DNA from: an uncultured Coriobacteriaceae bacterium
GTDB taxonomy: Bacteria; Actinomycetota; Coriobacteriia; Coriobacteriales; CADBOM01
Assembly: GCA_964428485.1 (NCBI GenBank)
Contig: CAYRYP010000004.1
Coordinates: 1 to 34,401 of the forward strand
Direction: 5' to 3'
DNA: 34,401 nucleotides
Part shown: positions 29,235 through 34,401 of the stretch, one piece after another
Layout: each line of letters begins with the position of its first letter
Position numbering within the stretch: the stretch's first letter is position 1
The notes under the pieces: model-generated
The model's input: only the letters and a program-made list of their open reading frames with translations
What the model was told of the DNA's origin: nothing
The model's database searches: none
Translations under genes and position numbers: made by a program

Positions 29235-30143
29235 TCAGCCAAGCGATGCATTGTCTATGAGCCTGATGGTGTCGACCCTAGCGGCGATGATGGCACGAGC
29301 GTCCGCGCCGTCGATTCCCTCGAGGCTCTCAAGCGGCTCCAGCGTGGCGGCGTCGATGATCTCGGCGTAGTCGACTTCGGCCGGGGCCGCGGTTATGATC
29401 GAGCGCATCTCCGAGGAGATAGCAGCGGTGTCGGTGCAGCCCTGCACGAACATCTCGCGGGCGCGCCCAAGCGCCGCCGACAGCGACAAGGCGCGTGCAC
29501 GCTGGAACTCGTCCATGTACCTGTTTCGGCTGGAGATCGCAAGGCCGTCTGGATCGCGCGCAATCGGGCAACCTATGATCTCGATGCCCATATCCATATC
29601 GCAGACCATCTGCCTTATCACGGCAAGCTGCTGGAAGTCCTTCTCACCGAAACACGCAAGGTCGGGGTCGACGATGTTGAAGAGCTTGTTGACCACCGTC
29701 ACTACCCCGTCGAAGTGGGTGGGCCTCTTGGCACCCTCCCATAGCTTCGCGGCGCTTCCCGCAACCGGGTGGCACATCGATTCGATGGGCGCACGACCGG
29801 TGCGCCGCATCAGCTCCACCATTCGCTCTCCGTACATCTCAGCCACGCTGGGAGCAAACACCGCCGCGGCGCCCACCTCCCCGAGCAACCTAACGTCGTC
29901 GTCGAGCGTGCGCGGGTAGGCATCGTAGTCCTCGCCCGGTGCGAACTGTGTGGGATTTACGAAGACAGAGACGACGACGGTCTGGGCGCTCTCGAGCGCG
30001 CGGGCCACCAACGACTGGTGCCCAGAATGAATCGCCCCCATCGTGGGAACGAGCCCTATGCGCTCGCCGCGTGCCCTGGCAGCATCCACAAACTTGGCGA
30101 CCTCGCGCTTGGTGGTAAGAAGCACCACCTGCCCACTTGCCAT
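29235..30143 (-). CDS. panC: Pantoate--beta-alanine ligase
   Basis: GLVPTMGAIHSGHQSLV (HIGH-like motif), VSVFVNPTQF and FGEKDFQQ. The start was trimmed to ATG 30143, which has a GGGGGAGA SD. Confidence 0.92.
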   Translation of the reverse strand: MASGQVVLLTTKREVAKFVDAARARGERIGLVPTMGAIHSGHQSLVARALESAQTVVVSVFVNPTQFAPGEDYDAYPRTLDDDVRLLGEVGAAAVFAPSVAEMYGERMVELMRRTGRAPIESMCHPVAGSAAKLWEGAKRPTHFDGVVTVVNKLFNIVDPDLACFGEKDFQQLAVIRQMVCDMDMGIEIIGCPIARDPDGLAISSRNRYMDEFQRARALSLSAALGRAREMFVQGCTDTAAISSEMRSIITAAPAEVDYAEIIDAATLEPLESLEGIDGADARAIIAARVDTIRLIDNASLG

Positions 30144-30424
30144 CTCGAGATCTCCCCCTCGAAAAATACACTCCACACCCCGGCGCAGGCCCCATCTACC
30201 CGCACATCCGAAGCTACACCCGCAAAAGCGGCAGGTCATCTCAATAAACGATAAGACATTTATAACGTGACATAGTATTTGCGGCATCGGCAATCTGTCG
30301 CGTGGCTCCATCTGTCATGGACCCGGTGCCACCGACAAGGACGCACCCGGCACACCGGGGGTTGCAAAAGCATCGCGGGGTTAAGATACCCCCAAGCACG
30401 AATCGGCTTTTGCTAGGAGGAGAG

Positions 30425-30844
30425 ATGTACGGGCTCAAAACAGAGGCATGCTTCGACAGCGCGCACTTCCTGGCGGATTACTACGGGAAATGCGAGAACC
30501 TGCACGGACACCGCTGGAAAGTGGTGGTCTACCTCGGACAAGACAGCCTGCAGAAAGAGGGAACCATGCGAGACATGGTGCTCGACTTCGGAGTGTTCAA
30601 GAAGGCCGTAAGGGCGCTCGCCGAAGAGCTGGACCACACCTTTCTCGTGGAGGATGGGACGCTCTCGGCCGACACGATCGCATGCCTGGAAAGAGAGGGT
30701 TTCACGCTCACGATCCTGCCGTTTAGGACGACGGCGGAAAACCTCGCGCGCTACTTCGCCGACAGGCTCACCGAGCAGGGGCTTCCCGTCTGCCAGGTAG
30801 ACTGCTTCGAGACGCCCAACAACTGCGCGATATACACAGTCTAG
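30425..30844 (+). CDS. queD: 6-carboxy-5,6,7,8-tetrahydropterin synthase (QueD / PTPS family)
   Basis: FDSAHFLADYYGKCENLHGHRW (C-x3-HGH signature). 139 aa. AGGAGGAG SD is immediately upstream of ATG 30425. The ORF-track start at 30302 has no support. Confidence 0.85.
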   Translation: MYGLKTEACFDSAHFLADYYGKCENLHGHRWKVVVYLGQDSLQKEGTMRDMVLDFGVFKKAVRALAEELDHTFLVEDGTLSADTIACLEREGFTLTILPFRTTAENLARYFADRLTEQGLPVCQVDCFETPNNCAIYTV

Positions 30845-30911
30845 CAGCGCGTGCAGCTTGCTCGGAGTCAACGCGCACGTCGAGACCTCCACCAACAGTG
30901 GCGGTGCACCC

Positions 30912-33614
30912 CTACCTGATCTTGGCCTCGTACCCGGCGTCGACGATGGCGGCAACGAGGATGTCGTCGGCAACCCCATCGACCACATCGCAGATAGCGG
31001 TCCCCGCGTCGAGATCGACCTCAACCGAGCTCACACCGTCTATGCCCTCAAGGGCATGCGTCACGTGCTTCACGCAGTTCTGGCACATCATTCCGGTCAC
31101 GTCTATCGTCTTGGTCATGGTGCTCTTCCTTTCAGGCGCTTCATCTTTATAGGCGCCGTCTGACGCATCTTTCACCACATCTGCGAGCGCGGCGGGAGTG
31201 GGTGCGGGAGACTGGACCTCGATACTCTCGCTTGCAGAGGCAGGTTCGATCTCCAGAACCCTTACCTCACCAGCGAACATCTCGGTCGCAGACTCCCCGG
31301 GGTCGGTGCTCGACTCGATACTCACCGTGGCCACGCGAGGCTTCCAAGCCCGCAGCCTGAGCGCATTTCCAACCACGCAAATCGAGCTCAGACTCATCGC
31401 CGCCGCGGCGATCATCGGGTTGAGGTTGATGCCAAACGCCGAGAGCGCCCCGGCTGCCAGCGGAATGCAGATCGCGTTGTAGAACAGAGCCCAGAACAGA
31501 TTTTGTTTGATGTTTCGCATCGTAGCACGAGAGAGCTGGATAGCGACGGGTACGTCCAAAAGATCGCTTCGCATGAGCACCATGTCGGCGCTCTCCATCG
31601 CGATGTCTGTGCCAGCGCCGATCGCGATACCGACGTCGGCCGTAGCGAGTGCCGGAGCGTCGTTGATGCCATCACCCACCATCGCCACGGTGCCGGTTTC
31701 CGACAGCCTCGAGACCTCGGCGGCCTTGTCTGCGGGGAGCACACCGGCGACGACCCTGCTGATGCCGCACTGGCGCTGCACGGCCCGAGCCGTCCGCTCG
31801 TTGTCGCCTGTGAGCATGACCACATCGATCCCCATCTCGGAGAGCTCCGAGACCGCGCGTTCGCTGGAAGGCTTGACAACGTCGGCCACCGCGATGATGC
31901 CTGCGGCGATCCCATCTTTCGAGAAGAACAGCGGAGTCTTGCCGTCGTCGGCGAGCGATTCTGCTACCTTTGGCAGGTTGCCCAGCTCCACGCCAGCCTC
32001 ACGCATCATCCGCTCGTTTCCGGCCATCCATGCCTCGCCAGAGACTGTGCCTGCGATACCTCTGCCCGGGGTCTGGGAGAAGTCGGAGACGTCGGATCTG
32101 GGAGCATCGATAGAATCAGCGTAGTCGCAGATCGCCTGGGCGAGCGGGTGCTCGGAAAGACCCTCAAGCGATGCGGCGACGCCCACGAGTTCCGCGTGCT
32201 TCACGCTGCCTCCCCCGACGCTGACAACATCAGTGACACGGGGGTGCCCAGTGGTGATGGTGCCGGTCTTGTCCATGATGACGGTAGAGACGGAATGGGC
32301 GCGTTGCAGGGCGTCGGCCGACTTGACCAGGATGCCCCTGCTGGCACCGCGCCCGGTTCCCACCATGATGGCGGTGGGCGTAGCGAGCCCGAGCGCGCAC
32401 GGGCACGAGATCACGAGCACCGTGACCGCATGCGACATCGCAGTCTCCAGACCACCGCCGAGAGCCATCCAGACGATGAAGGTAACAACAGCGATCGCAA
32501 TGACGCACGGCACGAAGATGCCGCTGATCCTGTCGGCTACCTTCTCGATGGGGGCCTTGGAGCTCGTGGCGTCGTCCACCATGCGGATGATACCGGCGAT
32601 CGCCGTGTCATCGCCGACGTGCTCCGCGCGCATGGCAAACCATCCCGAGCGGCTCACCGTAGCACCGATCACCGTGGAACCGACCGTCTTCTCAACCGGA
32701 ATACCCTCCCCGGTGATCGCCGACTCGTCCACCGAGCCCGAACCCTCGACTACCGTGCCGTCGACGGGCACGCCCATGCCGGACTTGACCACAAGAATGT
32801 CCCCCACGCACACCCGATCCACCGGAATCTCCTCCTCGGTGCCGTCCGCCGCGCGCCTGATAGCGGTCTTGGGAGAGAGATCCATCAGCTTGACTATGGC
32901 GTCGGTAGTGCGACCCTTTGCACGCGACTCGAAGTACTTCCCAAGCGTGATCAGCGCGAGGATCATGCCGGCGGACTCGAAGTAGAGATCCATCGCCGCC
33001 GAGTGGGCCGTGGACATGTCGCCTAGACCAAGGGCAAACCCGATGCGATATATGCCATAGATTCCGTAGATAGTGGATGCCGCTGAGCCCAGCGCGATGA
33101 GCGAGTTCATGTTGGGCGAACCGCGCAGAAGCGACGAGAAGCCAGTGGTGAAGTAGCTGAAGTTCACCCCGATTATCGGCAGGAGCAGTAGAAACTGCGT
33201 GAAGGCGAACGGGAGTATCCCCTCGCTTGTGTGGAACACTGGCGGGATCGGCCAGCCGAACATGTGCCCCATGCAAAGGTAGAACAGCGGCACTACGAAG
33301 ATGATCGACACGATCAGGCGGGTGCGCATCTTGCGTGCCGCCTCACGAGCTGCAGCACCTGGATCCTTAGCCGAAGGCGCGCCTGCCTGTCCGACAGACG
33401 CCTCCACGGCCGGTGTAGCACCGTAGCCAGCATGCTCGACCGCCCGCTCTATGGCCGCGATGACCTCCGGCCTTCCGTCGAACTCCACCTCCATGCTGTT
33501 TTTGAGAAGGTTTACGACGACGTCTTCCACGCCGTCTACCTCACGGGTGACCTTGTCGACCCTAGACGAGCAGGCCGCGCAAGTCATCCCGGTCACATCG
33601 AACTTCTGCTTCAT
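30912..33614 (-). CDS. copA: Copper-translocating P1B-type ATPase CopA, with N-terminal and an additional C-terminal HMA domain
   Basis: N-terminal HMA GMTCAAC, TGE, the CPC transmembrane motif (SCPCALGLATP), DKTGTIT, SEHPLA and GDGINDAP. The C-terminal 68 aa form a second HMA domain (GMMCQNC). The start was trimmed to ATG 33614 (MKQKFDVTGMTCAAC), because the ORF-track start at 33638 is TTG. Confidence 0.93.
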   Translation of the reverse strand: MKQKFDVTGMTCAACSSRVDKVTREVDGVEDVVVNLLKNSMEVEFDGRPEVIAAIERAVEHAGYGATPAVEASVGQAGAPSAKDPGAAAREAARKMRTRLIVSIIFVVPLFYLCMGHMFGWPIPPVFHTSEGILPFAFTQFLLLLPIIGVNFSYFTTGFSSLLRGSPNMNSLIALGSAASTIYGIYGIYRIGFALGLGDMSTAHSAAMDLYFESAGMILALITLGKYFESRAKGRTTDAIVKLMDLSPKTAIRRAADGTEEEIPVDRVCVGDILVVKSGMGVPVDGTVVEGSGSVDESAITGEGIPVEKTVGSTVIGATVSRSGWFAMRAEHVGDDTAIAGIIRMVDDATSSKAPIEKVADRISGIFVPCVIAIAVVTFIVWMALGGGLETAMSHAVTVLVISCPCALGLATPTAIMVGTGRGASRGILVKSADALQRAHSVSTVIMDKTGTITTGHPRVTDVVSVGGGSVKHAELVGVAASLEGLSEHPLAQAICDYADSIDAPRSDVSDFSQTPGRGIAGTVSGEAWMAGNERMMREAGVELGNLPKVAESLADDGKTPLFFSKDGIAAGIIAVADVVKPSSERAVSELSEMGIDVVMLTGDNERTARAVQRQCGISRVVAGVLPADKAAEVSRLSETGTVAMVGDGINDAPALATADVGIAIGAGTDIAMESADMVLMRSDLLDVPVAIQLSRATMRNIKQNLFWALFYNAICIPLAAGALSAFGINLNPMIAAAAMSLSSICVVGNALRLRAWKPRVATVSIESSTDPGESATEMFAGEVRVLEIEPASASESIEVQSPAPTPAALADVVKDASDGAYKDEAPERKSTMTKTIDVTGMMCQNCVKHVTHALEGIDGVSSVEVDLDAGTAICDVVDGVADDILVAAIVDAGYEAKIR

Positions 33615-33663
33615 CTTGTACACACTTCTACTAGGCAAGGAGTGCCACCCAAGCGGCAGCCCA

Positions 33664-34032
33664 CTAGTTGAACCTGCGGATCAGGCTCATAACCTCGTCG
33701 ATGACCCCGTCGTTGCCATCGCGGATCTGCTCTACCACGCAGGTCTCCAAATGGTCCTGCAGGATCATGTCGGAGACCCTGCGCACTGCCTTTTCAACAG
33801 CGGCCAGCTGGATGAGGATGTCACCGCAGTAGCGGTTGTCGTCGATCATCGACTTGACGCCACCAAGCTGCCCGATCACACGGTTGAGCCTCTTATGTAG
33901 ATCGGATCTGAGTTTGGCGCTGCGCTCCGTCTCCTTGTGTCGGCAGTCGCAGCAGCCCCCGTCTTCGGATAGGCACCTGTCATCCTTGGAGCCTTCCCGC
34001 ATCCCCACGTCCGGTATCTTCTCATCGACCAT
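33664..34032 (-). CDS. csoR: CsoR-family copper-sensing transcriptional repressor
   Basis: RLNRVIGQLGGVKSMI, YCGDILIQ (Cys) and LQDHLETC (His-x3-Cys) give the x-C-H-C Cu(I) signature. It lies directly upstream of copA. The N-terminal extension of about 35 aa is Cys-rich. An alternative start is ATG 34002. Confidence 0.9.
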   Translation of the reverse strand: MVDEKIPDVGMREGSKDDRCLSEDGGCCDCRHKETERSAKLRSDLHKRLNRVIGQLGGVKSMIDDNRYCGDILIQLAAVEKAVRRVSDMILQDHLETCVVEQIRDGNDGVIDEVMSLIRRFN

Positions 34033-34051
34033 AAACGCCTGCTTTCCGCAT

Positions 34052-34068
34052 ATGCCCCTAGGGGGTAT
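34052..34068. promoter_or_regulatory. CsoR-type operator, proximal (ATGCCCCTAGGGGGTAT)
   Basis: A C-tract/G-tract inverted repeat with AT-rich flanks, 20 nt upstream of the csoR ATG. It resembles described CsoR boxes of the ATACCCC-N-GGGGTAT type. Confidence 0.7.
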
Positions 34069-34082
34069 CTTTCCTGGAAATC

Positions 34083-34103
34083 ATATACCCCTATGGGGCA
34101 TAT
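34083..34103. promoter_or_regulatory. CsoR-type operator, distal (ATATACCCCTATGGGGCATAT)
   Basis: A near-perfect 21-bp pseudo-palindrome of the same type. It lies 14 nt from the proximal box and overlaps a possible AGGACA-N16-TATATG promoter on the minus strand. Confidence 0.7.
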
Positions 34104-34401
34104 TGTCCTGCCCATTCCGAAACCTTCCGCAAACGGATTGCGCACCCCACTCCCCTCTGCTGCATCCGACCTGGCCCAGGGAGATGAGATGGAATCGCAC
34201 TCCACTGGACACACATTGATTTCCGCCGACTTCAGACGGCCCCGCGTCTTGAATGTTGCTGGATGGGTCAATAAGCTTTCCCTGTTGACCGCAAGAGTCC
34301 AACCCTCGCCTGTGCCTGCACACCTGCCGGACCGACCGGAGAGGCTGCCACAAGCGAAAACCACGGACAAAGTGAGAGGCCATGACAAGCTCCCTGAAAG
34401 A

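Noticed and set aside
30360-30424. preQ1-I riboswitch in front of queD.
   Set aside because: There is a short GGGGT/ACCCC hairpin near the SD. However, the loop lacks the conserved pattern, and the 3' tail (CAAGCACGAATCGG) is not the A-rich pseudoknot tail of preQ1-I. I kept only the generic 'structured leader' as a finding.
31503-33026. 507-aa + strand ORF (and 31507..32124, 32233..32985) antisense to copA.
   Set aside because: The translations are Arg/His/Asp/Gly-rich and low in complexity, with no recognisable motifs. copA on the minus strand carries all P-type ATPase signatures.

Overview
This is a GC-rich, densely coding bacterial chromosomal window with about 36 protein genes and 2 tRNAs, almost all housekeeping.

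Gene content, left to right:
- Sfp-type PPTase, DedA, TrmB.
- A co-directional block: Zn-ribbon membrane protein, DUF5685-like protein, J-domain protein, DnaK-family Hsp70.
- SlyD-like FKBP, flavodoxin-fold oxidoreductase, EngB, a small zincin, PurH, Sir2 deacylase, GpsA-like dehydrogenase.
- Fused EcfA1-EcfA2 plus EcfT.
- tadA-ispE-tRNA-Gln-glmU-prs-pth on the minus strand.
- A corrinoid protein divergent from a RACo-type reductive activator and a DUF2284 metal-binding protein.
- tRNA-Ser.
- groES-groEL with a CIRCE operator.
- panC-MATE-coaX, then queD.
- A csoR-copA copper operon with two CsoR-type operators.

Firmicutes-like synteny (ispE..glmU-prs-pth, CIRCE-groESL) combined with high GC suggests a Coriobacteriia-like high-GC Gram-positive. 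That is inference only.

I see no transposase, integrase, CRISPR array, toxin-antitoxin pair or recognisable defence gene, so this is largely an ordinary core-genome region.

Items most worth a second look:
1. The GrpE-less Hsp70 module, with a cysteine-string/TPR J-protein and two uncharacterised partners (2894-6962).
2. An orphan corrinoid protein, activator and DUF2284 trio with no methyltransferase nearby (20947-24105).
3. A CopA with an extra C-terminal HMA domain preceded by its own in-frame SD+ATG.
4. Dual CsoR boxes and a Cys-rich CsoR N-terminus.
5. Several structured leaders and terminator-like elements.

All family calls come from motif recognition by eye. No alignments or database searches were run. 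Several start codons were moved from the ORF-track start on the basis of Shine-Dalgarno (SD) position and homolog N-termini.
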